A stretch of 64,000 nt of DNA from Octopus sinensis. Taxonomy: Eukaryota. Where the stretch lies: contig NC_043011.1 of the NCBI RefSeq assembly GCF_006345805.1, positions 38,824,464 to 38,888,463 of the forward strand, given 5' to 3'. The position numbers and the translations under genes are program-made. The first letter of the stretch is position 1, and each line of letters opens with the position of its first letter. Shown piece by piece: positions 25,562 through 39,691 of the stretch. The notes beneath the pieces were generated by a model that did no database searches, was not told the origin of the DNA, and saw only the letters and a list, made by a program, of their open reading frames with translations.

Positions 25562-25778
25562 CTCTTTTAAGGACTATAGAGCTGGTTTTCCGGTTTCTCT
25601 GGCGTATTTATTGTTCCCAGTCCGTCACAGGATTACTCATTTTTATCAGTTGAGTGGACTTAGGAATCATGAGATGAAGTGTTTTGCTCAAGAACACAAT
25701 GCATTGCCGGTCGCGGAATCGAAACTACAACCTTACGATCGTAAGTCCAGCACGCTAACCACTAAGCCAAGCGCCTCG
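25562..25778 (-). mobile_element. SINE head family D, degenerate
   Basis: Reverse complement resembles 4484-4750. Confidence 0.75.
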
Positions 25779-26663
25779 TAAAGAGAGGAATTCAGAAAGT
25801 TAAAAATGAGAGGAGAGAAAGTATGGTGGGGTCGAGGAGTGTCTTTAGAAGACTAGAATCTGGCAAAAGGGAACAGAATGAAGAATAATTAGAGAGAGAG
25901 AGAGAGAGAGAGAGCGGGAAAGAGAGAGAAGAGAGGGACTAGTGAAGGGAGAAATAAGGAAGAATTAGGATATGGATGAAGAAACGGGAATAGTTAGGGA
26001 TTGGAAATAGGAAATGTGATGAGATGAGGAGCCGAAATAGGACAAAGAGAGTGAATACAAAAGGGGGTTACAGAATGGAGAGGAAATGAAAGGAAGGAAG
26101 TAGGTTGAATGAAGGAAGCCTCCCTTCATTCAACCTACTTGAAGACTGCAGAGAAGTGGGGGGTGAAAGAATTAGTCGGATAGAGGGAGAGAAGTGATGA
26201 GATAAGAAATGGAAGGAAAGTTTACATATAAGAAGGAAAGCGAAGAAGGAAAATAGCAAGAGAGAGGGGGAAGGGGAAAGAAAGAAAGACTGATTGAAAG
26301 AAAGTATGAATGAATGAATGAATGAATGAATGAATGAATGAATGAAACAAAGGAGTAAGAGAGAAGGGAAGGAGTAGAAAAAAAGAAATTATTAGAGAAT
26401 GAATGAAGAAAAATAAGAGGGAAGGAGAGACACAATGTGCGAATTTGGCAAAACGGCAGAGTAGGGTGTCAAAATGAGAGAACGCAAGCATGCAAGCAAG
26501 AAAGCAAAAAAGGAAGGGAGAAAGAAAGAAAGAAAGAAAGAAGGAAAGAAGGAAAGGATATGTGGAAGACGAGGAAATAGACAGACAGACAGATAGACAG
26601 CTAGACAGACAACTTTCTTTATTGGCCACACAGGGCTGAAATACAGGTAAGTAGGTAGGTGGG

Positions 26664-26719
<56 letters not shown>

Positions 26720-27350
26720 ATTGAGTGAATGGCTGAGAGATAAAGAGAGAGTAATAGAAAAGTGTGAAGCGGGTAGGAACACATAGATTCAAAGAGAGGA
26801 AGACAAACTGACAAAATGACAGACAGACAGACAGGCATACATAGAGACAGACAGGCAGACAGACAGAACGAATGTATGTTATGTGCTTCCTATTTGTGTG
26901 GAGATGTATTTAATTGAAGCAGCTCAAATCTTTAGATCACTGGTTGAGAAAGCGGGGTCAGGTCAAAGTTCACATAAGACAATAATGAATTATGGGAAAG
27001 TGACAAAGAGCGGAAGAAGTGAAAGAAAACAACAACAATAACAAGCAAGCAAAGAGCAGGAAAAAGAAAAAGCATTATTTGTTTTTGTTGTTGTTGTTTT
27101 TTTCTTCTTGTGATAATAAAGTGTTGGGTAAAAACTGGTGACTGGAGGGGGGATGGGTTGAGGTGGTGAATTTTTATTAGTGTTTGTTTTGTTTTGCTTT
27201 TATTTTGTTTTGTTTATGTTTGTTTTTCACATTAAAAGAACAAAGAAAAGGTTAAAGGAGAAATAACTATGATGAAGTCTGAACACACACAAACAATTCT
27301 TGCTAAAGAATTATTACTTGACGGAGTGGAGAGACGAGCGAGAAGAAATA

Positions 27351-27441
<91 letters not shown>

Positions 27442-28177
27442 GAATGAATGAATGAAGAAAAAGGCAGGCGGTTGTACTTTTATTGCAGTTATTACTCACA
27501 AGTATTTTCTGCATGATAGCAGGTGATTAAAAGAAGAAAAATTAGTTTGTTAGTGTAATGATAATGTTGATTTTTTTTCAACATTGGCATGTAGTCCCAA
27601 GTATTAATGTGGAGCAAAAAAAAAATTCATAGTCGTAACCCAAGAGAAATTTGAACTCAGAATGTAAGCGATCGCCAAGAACACACATCGCAAGGCATTT
27701 CAGCCGAAGCGCTAATCGTTTTGAGCCCTAGTACTTGATTTACAAGTTTAGTTTGTGAAGACGATCTAGTTGAGTAGTCTGGGTCAAGCTAGACAAGAAT
27801 GGCGCAATCAAGACTGAACTGGAAGGGCACTGTGGCTAGCGGTGTATAACAACACATTAATGTTTTCGTCTGTTATGACTGAAGAAATCATATGTAGTGT
27901 AACTGGTACAGAATAATATAAACGAAAGGAGGCCAAAGTTTATGAGATAGCTATTCAATCCGCAGCGGATGATGTCCTCTAGTTCGAAAAAAACAAAATC
28001 TGTCTAAGTTGACGAAGTTTGATGCAAAAAATGAAACGGGAAGAACGGAAAGTAAAGTAGTATCAGTAAATATATACACCTATCCTACTTTTATTTATTT
28101 TGTTTCCTATATTCCCACTATATTCCATTATTGTCAATATATAATACCACTTACTGTGTGGTATTATATATTCAACA

Positions 28178-28411
28178 GAAGGCGGCGAGCTGGCAGAAAC
28201 GTAAGCACGCCGGGTGAAATGCTTAGCAGTGTTTCGTCTGCCGTTACGTTCTGAGTTCAAATTCCGCCGAGGTCGACTTTGCCTTTCATCCTTTCGGGGT
28301 CGATTAAATAAGTACCAGTTACACACTGGCGTCGATATAATCGACTTAATCCGTCTGTCTGTCCTTGTTTGTCCCCTCTGTGTTTAGTCCCTTGTGGTTA
28401 GTAAAAAAAGA
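28178..28411 (+). mobile_element. Full-length monomeric SINE B1 with a perfect 18-bp TSD
   Basis: GGTATTATATATTCAACA at 28160-28177 and 28412-28429. Confidence 0.95.
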
Positions 28412-29184
28412 GGTATTATATATTCAACATTAGCCTATTTACTTAATACACCAATGTATGTATTAATTGAATTAAACAGAACAGAACGAAAAGCATAAAT
28501 AATTTGAAATTACAGACTGGAATCTCAGAAGGCCAAGGTGTGTTGGTGTTGCCTCATGCATGTCTTTGCGAGAAATATTGTTCCTTCAGCAACTTTTGCA
28601 GCGAATGCAAATAGTAGTACTTATTATATACATTTGTAGCTTTTGCTCGGAATGTGTCGAATACGTTGTAAATGCGCAACTTTTGCATAAACTAAACCTG
28701 CTGTCCATTGACAGAAAACGTATGTAACTTTTTCGTACAATCATGTAGCCTTGTGTAAATATGCATTATGTTTTGGTAGTATTTTTAATGCATATATACG
28801 TACATTTGTGAAATTAGAGCGTTTATTATAGAAAATAACATAATATAGCATAACGAGTGGATCACTGACTGCATCATATTGTACATATTAAAAATAATCA
28901 AACCTGTATAATATTTCAACTGTGATAAATATAATTTCCTTATTTTATTTTTTATTATTGGCATTTTTTATGTCCATCCCAAGCTCTCATTAGTAACTTT
29001 CATCATGTGTAAAATACATTTCTTTCAACAATAGCTCAGTTATTACTGACGAATCGGGTACTCTAGTATATCTCAAGATGAGATATGATTTGAGGCATTC
29101 CCACCGTGACTATCCTGTCTATATATATATATATAAGTCAGTAAATGGTGTGGTTGTATTAACCTTATTATAATTTTTCCTCTC

Positions 29185-29261
<77 letters not shown>

Positions 29262-29764
29262 GTATATATATATATATTGGATTCATTATCTCATAAATCC
29301 ATTTACTTCAAACGGTGAACAGCTTATTAGTAATGACGGCAAAAGTAACTTCAAGAGAGTCCATACCAAACGTGTGTATGAGTGTATAAGTATGTGTTTG
29401 TGTGTGTGTGTGTGTTGTGTGTGTGTGTGTGTGTAGTGTGAAGGAAACCGACAGACGCATACATAACATACGAACATATATTCATGCACACAGTCTCTCA
29501 CATACAGAAACTTTTAACTAAAGACTTAGGTGGACTTGTGAAATATGCTAAGTAATGGAGAATCTATCTTTATCTCTCATAAAAAATATCTAGAAAATAT
29601 TCTTAAACATTTTACGATCAACAATGTTATGTCTTATCAAAATACTTACCGAGTTTGGAGCCATACTCTCTCCCCATACCTATGGCTATACACTCAGTAA
29701 CCTTTATTTTTTTATTTGTCTCTTTTTAATATTTATTTAATGAAACTAATTTATTATCAACATA

Positions 29765-30171
29765 AGGAGTGGCTGTGTGGTAAGTAGCTTGTTTACCAAC
29801 CACATGTTTCCGGGTTCAGTCCCACTGCGTGGCACCTTGGCCAAGTGTCTTCTACTATAGCCTCGGGCCGACCAAAGCCTTGTGAGTGGATTTGGTAGAC
29901 GGAAACTGAAAGAAGCCCGTCGTATATATGTACATATATATATGCGTGCGTGTGTTTGTGTGTCTGTGTTTGTCCCCCTAGCATTGCTTGACAACCGATG
30001 CTGGTGTGTTTATGTCCCCGTTACTTAGCGGTTCGGCAAAAGAGACCGATAGAATAAGTACTGGGCTTACAAAAGAATAAGTCCCGGGGTCGATTTGCTC
30101 GATTAAAAGGCGGTGCTCCAGCATGGCCGCAGTCAAATGACTGAAACAAGTAAAAGAGAGAGTAAAAGAGT
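29765..30171 (+). mobile_element. Full-length SINE family A (tRNA head, CORE-like box, internal microsatellite)
   Basis: GGAGTGGCTGTGTGGTAAG..GGGTTCAGTCCC..ACCTTGGCCAAGT..(TA/TG)n..GACTGAAACAAGTAAAAGAG. Confidence 0.92.
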
Positions 30172-31091
30172 ATATTTTTAGAGGAAGAAAAGAAAGCAAC
30201 AAACAATAAAAGTAAAAAAGATCAAATTATCGAGAGAAAAAAAACCATAACTGTCTTACCAAGGATAGAATGGAAAAGAAAAAGGAGGAGGAAGTAACGG
30301 ATTGCACGCCTCAGACCAAATGGCGGTTTTAGCCGCGTAATTACAGACATAACTGCAAAAGCGTTGCCACCAAGAATGGCCAGCGACATTAACGGCAACT
30401 TATGTCTTATTAAAATACTTACCAAATTTATAGCCACACTGTTTTCGCATATTTATGACTATATGTTGACTAACCTGTAATTCGTGTTCATAATTTTGAT
30501 TATTATCTAACGTTATATTTGTTTTTCAGCCACACAATTGTTTACAATAAAAATATTCTGTGTGAATATATGGACAGGGACGTATATACTTCTGGCTGGA
30601 ACACACAGGTTTTCTATCCTGAAGTTGCTTGTTTAAAGAGCCTATACGAATACATTGACACTGCCGTACACCTTGTAACAATTTATGGTACCAACCAGGA
30701 TGCTACAGAGTTTAAGAACTCAAAGCTGCATAAAGCATCTTCACAAACACCAAATACGAGATGAAGATGACTGTGGTTTCATACCAGACTCCAGGTGTTT
30801 GAATGAGCCCCTTGGTACAGTACATACATTCCCTAAGCTCTAACCACTGCGAATGGTTGAAAGAGACTAGAAATAAATTTGAAACGAAGGATTCAGAGAA
30901 AATGTTATAGATATTGTGACGTCATAATAACTTTATAACGTCACAATATTATTTGGACTAGATAAATGACTCAAAATTTCACACATACAAGCGCAAACGC
31001 ATGTATATAAATTCGTGCGCGCGCATACACACACACGCACACACATATATGCATACGTGTACATACATTTGTGTGTGTGTGTGTATGTATA

Positions 31092-31487
31092 TCTTTATAT
31101 ATAAAAGTCAAGTTGTGTGTCTGTCTCCTACGATTTAGATTCCTAACTACTCCCACATTTTGCGGTGCAGTTTAACAAAAACCGGGTATCTTATAGTCGT
31201 GATTCATATCGAGCCCTTCTGGGTATTAGCGCGCGTCTACGATGAGTCTACGATTTTAAAAAACATTTACCATCATTTTTTTTCCATTTTAATGCATTTT
31301 TTCGCTATTATATAAGGGAAGTAACTCTCTAAAAATGTCTACGATGAGTCAACGATTTTAAAAAAATTACCATATTTTTTTTCCATTTTGAATGCATTTT
31401 TTTGCTATTTTTTGGCTATAACTCTCTAAAAATGCTTATATAGTTATTTCCCTTACAAACCCGAGCAACGCCGGACGATACTGCTAG
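31092..31487 (+). mobile_element. Complete non-autonomous Helitron
   Basis: A|TCTTTATATATAAAAG 5' end; 3' hairpin CCCGAGCAACGCCGG then CTAG|T; no TSD; internal ~100-bp tandem duplication (31235, 31337). Confidence 0.92.
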
Positions 31488-31650
31488 TATATATATATAT
31501 ATATTATATATATATATATCTTCTTCCGTTTCTATAGCTATCACCCCCAATTTCTCTCTGTCTATCTACCTATCTATATACATCTTTCTCGCTACCATTC
31601 TTATTTTCCCTCCATCCTTCTAACTCACAAACACGTCAGGAAGGGAAAAC

Positions 31651-31821
31651 GGAAGGAAGGAGGGTGGGTGAGGATGGGTGTGAGGAGGAGAGATAAGATG
31701 ATAATGGGAAGAAGGAGGAGGAGGAGGAGGAGTGAGAGATGTGGAGCGATGATTCTGGAATAATCTATTATTTATAAGGCTCCACTATTCGAAAATCCAA
31801 ATCCGACCATCATCCATCAAC
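31651..31821 (+). repeat. ~170-bp direct repeat, second copy at ~35551-35714
   Basis: GAGTGAGAGATGTGGAGCGATGATTCTGGAATAATCTAT.ATTTATAAGGCTCCACTATT.GAAAATCCAAATCCG.CCATCATCC.TCAAC in both copies. Confidence 0.9.
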
Positions 31822-31851
31822 GTGGATATGTGCATAAGTACATTCGAACAT

Positions 31852-32081
<230 letters not shown>

Positions 32082-32699
32082 AGACAAGTGTAGATACATT
32101 GTACTTATCAGTCACCCGCACTCACACGCGCGCACACATTCACATGCTTAAATATATAATTGTATATATGCATCAGAAGTATACTCATGACTGATAATTT
32201 TATGGGACCAGCACTTTTGGGTGGGGCCTGCGGAGCAGCAGACCCAAGGGTTGCAACGGGCGGTACACAATCTAGCTACACTGCTGTGTATACACACGCA
32301 CGCACATACACACACACGCATACACACAGACACATACACACGCGCGCGCGCGCGCGCACGCGCCAGGTTTTCCTTGAGGTCATTCTCTTTAATAGTCAGG
32401 CTTGCCTACTTCCGTGTATATGTCTTCCCATCAATAATGTAACGCTTCGAAAAAAAAAGAAAAAGGAAAATTAGAAACATTGAGCTTTAATTAAAATAAA
32501 AGTCGTGGTGGCCATGGTCGGGATATCTTCCAGATTATGATTCGCTTGCATCATAGATAAGTTGTGCAGTTGTTGCTATCGTTGCTACTGCTGCCGCTGT
32601 TGTAATTGTTGTCGTTGTATTTCGTTGTTGTGGTTGTTGTTGATATCATTGTTGTTGTTGTTGTTGTCGTCTTCATCTTCTTCTTCTCCTTCTTCTTCT

Positions 32700-33567
32700 T
32701 CCAGTCAGGACTCACGCCATTGGCCACAAAGAATAATCTCTAATTCGAGCCTACTTTAAGCTACTAAAGAATGCGTGTGGCAACTTGAAGATCCATCCAC
32801 CACATGCGATAGACTGGCGGTTGCACGGGCGCGAAAGCTACGTTGCTATCCTCATTCCGTAAACGGTGGCTTTTAACGGGTGGAGAGCTGTACCATCCTG
32901 AGGTACAGAGGATTAGCAATTTAGACTACGGTCTGAAAGTTTACCACACCATAGTGGGTTACACTATGGTTCCTCTGCTTTGTGGCAGAAGTAGGAAGAA
33001 AGAGTGAGAAAGTACACCCCTCCCCACCGGAACCTCTTGGAGCTTAGGCGCTTTTGCTCAATGAACACTCACAATGCCCGGTCTGGGAATCGAAACCGTG
33101 TTCTTACGACCGCGTACCCGCTGCCCTAACCCCTGGGCCATTCCGCCTCCACTGTTGCTGTTGTTGTTTGTTTGTTTGTTAGTTGAGCGAAGCGGTCCTC
33201 GTCCCAGAGCTCGCAAGATCGCGCCTCTGTAGTGGGAGAAGTCCGAAACATGGTCTTTTGCTATTCGTAAGACCCGCAGAAGAGAAATCAGGTCAACCCC
33301 CGGCACCGAGAACATCGACGGATGGATGAATGCGCATCAAGGCTCAGCGGTTTCGTAGGAAGTTGGGGACAATAAACAGGAAGAAAGAGTGAGAGAAAGT
33401 TGGAGCGAAAGAGTACAACAGGGGTCGCTACCACCCCCTGTCGGAGCCCCGTGGAGCTTTAGGTGTTTTCGCTCAATAAACACACATAACGCCCGGTCTG
33501 GGAATCGAAACCGCGATCCTCCGACCGCGAGTCCGCTGCCCTAACCATTGGGCCATTGCGCCTCCAC
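32700..33567 (-). mobile_element. Two adjacent head-family-C SINEs with different 3' bodies (32700-33151 and 33180-33567)
   Basis: Both begin GTGGAGGCG.AATGGCCCA..GGTTAGGGCAGCGG..GTTTCGATTCCCAGACCGGGC; tails are (GAA)n and (AAC)n. Confidence 0.88.
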
Positions 33568-33779
33568 TGTTGCTGTTGTTGTTGAATTTGTTGTTGTTAT
33601 TGTTGCCGTTTAGCTCTAGCAAGCCAGAACTGATCGAGCACATGTATAAGTGAAAGGTTTCCCCACCGTAGCCACATCGACCGGCTATTTTCTTGGTTAG
33701 CCTAGATTTCATTCTTGCTTTGTCGTAGGAAGACCGATAAGCGAAGCGCTCACGGCATTCTTTTCTTTCTTTTTTTTTC

Positions 33780-34220
33780 TTTTCTCTTGTGGCCTCCGTG
33801 TCTGGTGAGAGGAAGCGAGCAAGTTATCATTATACTGGAAAAGTGGTTAGTGTGTTTGCAGCATAATAAACTTAATAACAATGGAGACGGATTTGGCATG
33901 CTTGCAGCATAATGGACCCTGTTGCAGCCGGAAAAGAGGTTGGTATCTTTGCTGTATAAACAGACTCTACTAATAACCAGGAAAAGAAATTGGCATCTTT
34001 GTAAGCAAAGTGGAGTCTGCCAAAGACAGAAAATGCTGGCTGGGATGTTTGTAGCAGAATTAACTCCGTTAAAGATCGAAAACGGGGTTGAAAAGGCTTG
34101 CAGCACAAAGGAGTTCGATAGTGGTAGGAAATGAGCTTGGCAACTCGTCTTGGGAAGGAGTATCGGTGTCAAATGCGTCTCGGATTAGCGCAACCGTGAC
34201 CATACCCATTGCCTAGTCTT
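33780..34220 (-). pseudogene. Possible old LINE (CR1/L2/Jockey group) ORF2 relic
   Basis: Coding-like composition with weak motifs (ETHL, KPFQPRF, WQTP); no RT core is visible. Confidence 0.3.
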
Positions 34221-34978
34221 CAAATATTGCGAATAAAATATTTCGTTATCCAATACGATCTTTCATTTATTAAGGTGGTAGAATGATCATGATTTAAGGG
34301 AGATTTACCAGTTATTTCTAACAGATCGAGAGACACCTTAGATGTCCGCACGTTGGTCCTACCGCATCAAGAGATGTTGTTGTTTGTTTTATTTTTTACT
34401 CTTTTATTCTTGTTATTTAACATGAAAAATGCCCGTATCGAGTAAACATAAAACTATTGGTATTCTAGTCATATTCATTTTTCGTTTTTTGCAGAGAGTG
34501 TTGTGGTTGTTCTTTTGTATCTCCCTTTTGGATTTAGAGTACAATGGGATTATATTTCACGACATTTCAATACTATTTCTCGCAAAACAAGTAACTGAAT
34601 ACAGGTTTCTCATTGACTCGGTTGCATACAGAATATGAGTTGAACTAGTAACACACATACAGATAATCATACAACCAGCAACATAAGAAAGCTGAGAAAG
34701 GATAAAAGAAAGAAGTGAAAACCTTATCGATACAAGACTGTCAGACATTCACGTCCACTCCCCCCACACTCGTCTCTTCCACTATTCATTTCTCTTCCCT
34801 TCTCTCGCTCTCTCTCCTACTCTCTCTCTCTCTCTCTCAGCTTTCTCTCTACTACTACTTCCTGTCTACATATAAAGCTCACTTTGCCTTGCGTTCCCCC
34901 TCAGTTGCAACCAATTCCCCATATACATGTCAAGGATGCAGAAATCTACTGACTTTCCTTTATTCCCTCCGGTCACAC

Positions 34979-35012
34979 CCACACTGAAGATGGACTACAT
35001 CCGAAACGCTGG
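34979..35012 (+). ncRNA. Truncated hammerhead motif in a probable pLTR (~34740-35218)
   Basis: CCACA-CTGAAGA-T-GGA-CTACA-TCC-GAAA-CGC-TGG. TATATAAAG lies ~110 nt upstream, and the tail ends in (TA)n. Confidence 0.45.
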
Positions 35013-36329
35013 ATCCTCCAGTCCTCTCGGTAATTTCCCTGTGCGTTCTCTTACTGTTTCGTTTCCTGTATGACCCAAATCCTCTATTCGAAGAAGACAA
35101 GCACCGGTTTCCTTGAATTCTATTTTGTCTGCAATAGTTGGCAGATTCTTGGTGATACTAGACACAAAGAAGTCAATTATTAATAGTGTTCTTCCACTTC
35201 CTTGTTCGTTCTCTCTATTATATATATATATATATGTATGTATGTGAGCGACTGTGCGATTGTAGGACTGTGCGAATATATGACTATGTCAGTAAGTGAT
35301 AGTGGGTGAGGAAGAAAACTAGGGCGATGTGTTGCAAGCATGAAAAGAAAAGGAGAAGTGATGAATCTTAAAGACGAGTCGCACATGTTGATTAAAGATG
35401 CATAAAGTTGCTGTGAATTCCCCAGATTTACATTAGAAAAGAAAAATTTGAATACATGCATATATTTATACATCGGGAAAGTGAATCAATTGAAAACAGG
35501 TGGGGAATGAGGAAGAGAAGGGTAGAGAGAGAGGAAGGAAAGAAGGAAGGAAGGAAGGAGGGTAGGTGGGGATGGGCGTGAGGAGGAGAGATGACAAGAT
35601 GAGAATGGGGAGGAGGAGGGGGGAGTGAGAGATGTGGAGCGATGATTCTGGAATAATCTATAATTTATAAGGCTCCACTATTTGAAAATCCAAATCCGGC
35701 CATCATCCGTCAACAGGCATTTTCCATTCAAATTAGCCAGAGCGTCCATAAATATCCGCGTGTCTGTGTATCTATCAATATACGCGTATGTGTGTGTATG
35801 TGCGTGTGTGTGTGTATGTGTGTGTGTGTGAGTGCGTGTGTACACACACATACATAAACGATAAAGTATATAATTGAAATTGTGTATAGCTTATATTTGT
35901 AGTTGATTTAAGTGGCGTTTAATAGGCATCTAAATTAAATATTTAATGGTTTAGATCTTGCGTGAAGTGGTATATATATATATATATATATATATTATAT
36001 TATATAATATATATATATATATATATACATATATGCATATACATATATACTTATAGATACATATACAAAATACATATATATACACATATATATATACAGG
36101 CACACATACATATATATTTATCTACACATATATATTAATATATATATATATATACATATATATTTATATATGTATGTATCTATGATATGTATATTTACAT
36201 TTATCTATATAATTACGCACAAGTATACAGATATACGCATATATATTCATATATACACATTTATATGCCCGTATTTATATACATCCAAGTATATGTATAT
36301 CTGTGTGTGCGTGCGTGTCTGCATATATG

Positions 36330-36360
<31 letters not shown>

Positions 36361-36960
36361 TGTGTGTGTGTGTGTATGTGTGTGTGTGTGAGTGAGTGAG
36401 TGAGTGTGTGTGTGTGTATGCGTGTGTGTACAAGTGTGTAACATATTCACATACACACACACATACACACAGACTTGTATATACGCATACATATACATAT
36501 ATATATATACGTATATATACATCTACATACATAAATGAATATATATATATATGCAACTACGTTTGTGCGTATGTATATGTGTGTGTATGTATGTGTGTGT
36601 ATGTGTGTGTGTGTATGTAATCGTAAACAATACAGTAACAAACACAACATATGAGAGAAAAACTAAACAGCGCCACCTAAGGGAACTATAGAAAATTAAT
36701 AGTCATAATGTAGTGTAGTTTTCGTTTCAATCTATTTTCGTTTTGATTTGTCGTTTTTCAAGATATTTATGAGAATCTGTCCGCCTCGAAAGCACCAAGT
36801 ATATGACCAGCTAAGTGCAGCAAAGATGAACATAACTTCCATCGAGTTGAATCGAGACCCCCTTCGGCCATGAATGACCATGGGATTGCACCTACAAAGT
36901 TCCCCTCCGAAGCACATGTCCTGACAAGTATATATATGAAAGAAGCCTGTCGTATATATG

Positions 36961-36997
<37 letters not shown>

Positions 36998-37223
36998 TTG
37001 TGTGTCTGTGTTTGTCCCCCCTAGCATTGCTTGACAACCGATGCTGGTTTGTTTACGTCCCCGTCACTTGGCGATTCGGCAAAAAAGACCGATAGAATAA
37101 GTACTGGGCTTACAAAGAATAAGTCCCGGTGTCGATTTGCTCGACTAAAGGCGGTGCTCCAGCATGGCCGCAGTCAAATGACTGAAACAAGTAAAAGAGA
37201 AAAGAGTAAAGAGTATATATATT

Positions 37224-37560
37224 CGAGACCTCCTACGGTCATGAATGACCTTGGGACTGCACCTTAAATGTTCCCTTCTGGGGCACATGTCCAGACAAGG
37301 CTGTTTATGGAAGGTCAGCAGTCCCCCAAGCATACCAGCCTCACCTCTCTAACGCCACCGATGTTATCCGAGGGAAAGTCAAAGGCCGATACAGCTTCGC
37401 ATCTGTGACGTCACAACTCATTTCTACAACTGAGTGAACTAGAGCAACGTGAAATAAAGTGTCTAGCTCAAGAACACAACACGCAGCCCGGTCCGGGAAT
37501 CGAACTCACAACCTCACGATCGTAAGCTCGACGCTCTAACAATTGAGCCATGTCCCTTCA
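37224..37560 (-). mobile_element. SINE head family D with a different 3' body; an extra copy of the tail lies at ~36853-36928
   Basis: D head at 37560; tail CGAGACC..CGG.CATGAATGACC.TGGGA.TGCACCT (plus strand) occurs twice. Confidence 0.8.
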
Positions 37561-38382
37561 CTCACATATATTCAGAAGAAAATAAATCAAGAGCGTGAAT
37601 GATGATTCCGTTCCTAATCTTCAATTGATATTATGAAGGCTACAATACAGCCATTGTTTACATTAAGGAAATGATACTGGTATTTGGTGTTAGATGTAGA
37701 GATTTTGTTGATGCTGATGTTGTTGGTATTAATTTAAGTCTTCTTGGAAATGGCTAACGAGGATGCAGCTGTGGTGTATGTATGTATGTCATTGTTTAGT
37801 TTATTTCAAGATTTCTTGCCAATAGAGAAAGAATCGGTTTCTAACCGAGATCCAACGCTCCTTCATTGGAATTTAATCATCAACATGCTATTTTTGTTTG
37901 TATGTAAGTATGTCTGTATGTATGTACGCATGTATGTATATGTGCAGATTTGAATGATTTGTTTTATGTATGTATTTTCATGCATATAGTTGCATATCTA
38001 CACATGTTAATATATATCTTAATGATAAACTTCTGGAACGTCTTACAGATTTTTACAGTTCCAATGATGGATTGGATCTGTAGTCTTCGAATTAACTTTC
38101 TCCTTTCTGGTTTTGAGAAGCCTAACTTCTCAAGATTGGTAGTATGTATGTATGTATGTATGTATGCATGTATGTATGTATGTATGTATGTATGTATGTA
38201 TGTATGTATGTATGTATGTATGTATGTGTGTGTATGTATGTATGTATGTTGTCTAACTACATTTTAGAGGAAATGTGTATACATTTTTTTCAATTACAGT
38301 GAAAGTAGATTTGGCCAGGAAGAATTGATGTCATCAGTCGGTGCTTAACGACTGATGACATCAGAAACAGTACCAAATAATA

Positions 38383-38831
38383 ACAAAGTGTGTGTCGGTA
38401 GCCAACTGGAAAATATGTTTTCGAAGGGCTAAAACAACAGTAAAATCGTCCTTTATAGGAATGCCACAAATTGAAAATAGGTGGGGAATGAGGAACTTTA
38501 CTATTCGGTACTGTTATTGCATGTCTCTCGCTGAGAGATTTGAAACAAGTTCTTTTTCTCTTTACGAGATCAGCGACTGTGTATCGCTTAAAGAATATAT
38601 AGTATTTGCGAGCAGAGAGAGCTTTCGTCACTAGCCTATGGTTGTCTCACACTGAAGACGGGTAATCACCCAGAAACCTAAGTTTGTGAGTATCACGTAA
38701 GGCTAGAGATGGGAGCGATGACCTCCCTTGCAAATGCTATACGGACACAAACTGTGTGTCGATAGCCAGCTGGAAAAGGTATTTTCCTGGGGCTAAAACA
38801 ACAGTATCATAATCCTTTATAGGACTGCCAC
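38383..38831 (+). mobile_element. Retrozyme-like or pLTR unit: ~364-bp period with ~80-bp terminal direct repeats and an internal hammerhead
   Basis: Repeats at 38389-38467 and 38753-38831 (TGTGTGTCG.TAGCCA.CTGGAAAA..GGGCTAAAACAACAGTA..TCCTTTATAGGA.TGCCAC); followed by (TA)n. Confidence 0.75.
38646..38690 (+). ncRNA. Minimal type-I hammerhead ribozyme with an intact core
   Basis: CTCACA-CTGAAGA-C-GGGT-AATC-ACCC-A-GAAAC-CTAA-GTT-TGTGAG. Confidence 0.85.
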
Positions 38832-38850
38832 GTTCTGTTGGCATATAAAC

Positions 38851-38924
<74 letters not shown>

Positions 38925-38942
38925 TTACATACATATACATAC

Positions 38943-38989
<47 letters not shown>

Positions 38990-39459
38990 GATACATACAT
39001 AAGTGCATAGGGTGGTGAGCTGTCGAACTCATTAGCACGCCGGGTAAAAACGCTTAGTGTAATTTCGTCCATCCTTGCATTCTGAGTTCAAATTCCACTG
39101 TGGTCGATTTTACCTTTTATCCCTCCGTGGTCGATAATGTAAGTACCTGTTGAGCACTGAGGTCAATGTAATCAAGCTTACTCCTTCTCCCGAAACTGCT
39201 GGACTTGTGCCAAATATGTCACCGCCTATACGCTAGAAGTAGACGTCAAGTACCTACAATCAACTCTAAATTTATTCTACATTTATAAACCAAGGCCGAA
39301 TGCGAGGAAATGAGCAAGAAGATTTACAAATTTCAGATAATCCTATCCCTTAAGATTTCGTGTAATGAAGATTACTTTTCACTCCTCGGTAGAGATAAAC
39401 CGACAGTATATAGAAGAAAAATACGTACTCATACCGATATATTTTTGCGTACAGATACC

Positions 39460-39691
39460 TATTTCTTTACTACCAACAAGGGGCTAAACACAGACAGGAC
39501 AAACAAGGACAGACAAACGGATTAAGTCGATTATATCGACCCCAGTGCGTAACTGGTACTTATTTCATTGACCGTGAAAGGATGAAAGGCAAAGTCGACT
39601 TCGGCGGAATTTGAACTCAGAACGCAATGATAGACGAAATACCGCTAAGCATTTTGTCCAGCACGCTAATGACTCTGCCAGCACGCCACCG
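39460..39691 (-). mobile_element. Monomeric SINE B1 with a perfect 17-bp TSD
   Basis: TTTTGCGTACAGATACC at 39443-39459 and 39692-39708. Confidence 0.95.

Noticed and set aside
30519-30764. 81-aa ORF after an acceptor-like site
   Set aside because: No recognisable domain or donor site; it may be decayed transposon sequence.
31740-31790. C/D-box snoRNA reading of the duplicated GTGGAGC..GCTCCAC stem
   Set aside because: The C box is imperfect and there is no CTGA D box before the closing stem.
38349-38372. CTGATGA-CATCA-GAAAC hammerhead-like string
   Set aside because: There is no stem II, and the CTGATGA is one arm of a DNA hairpin.
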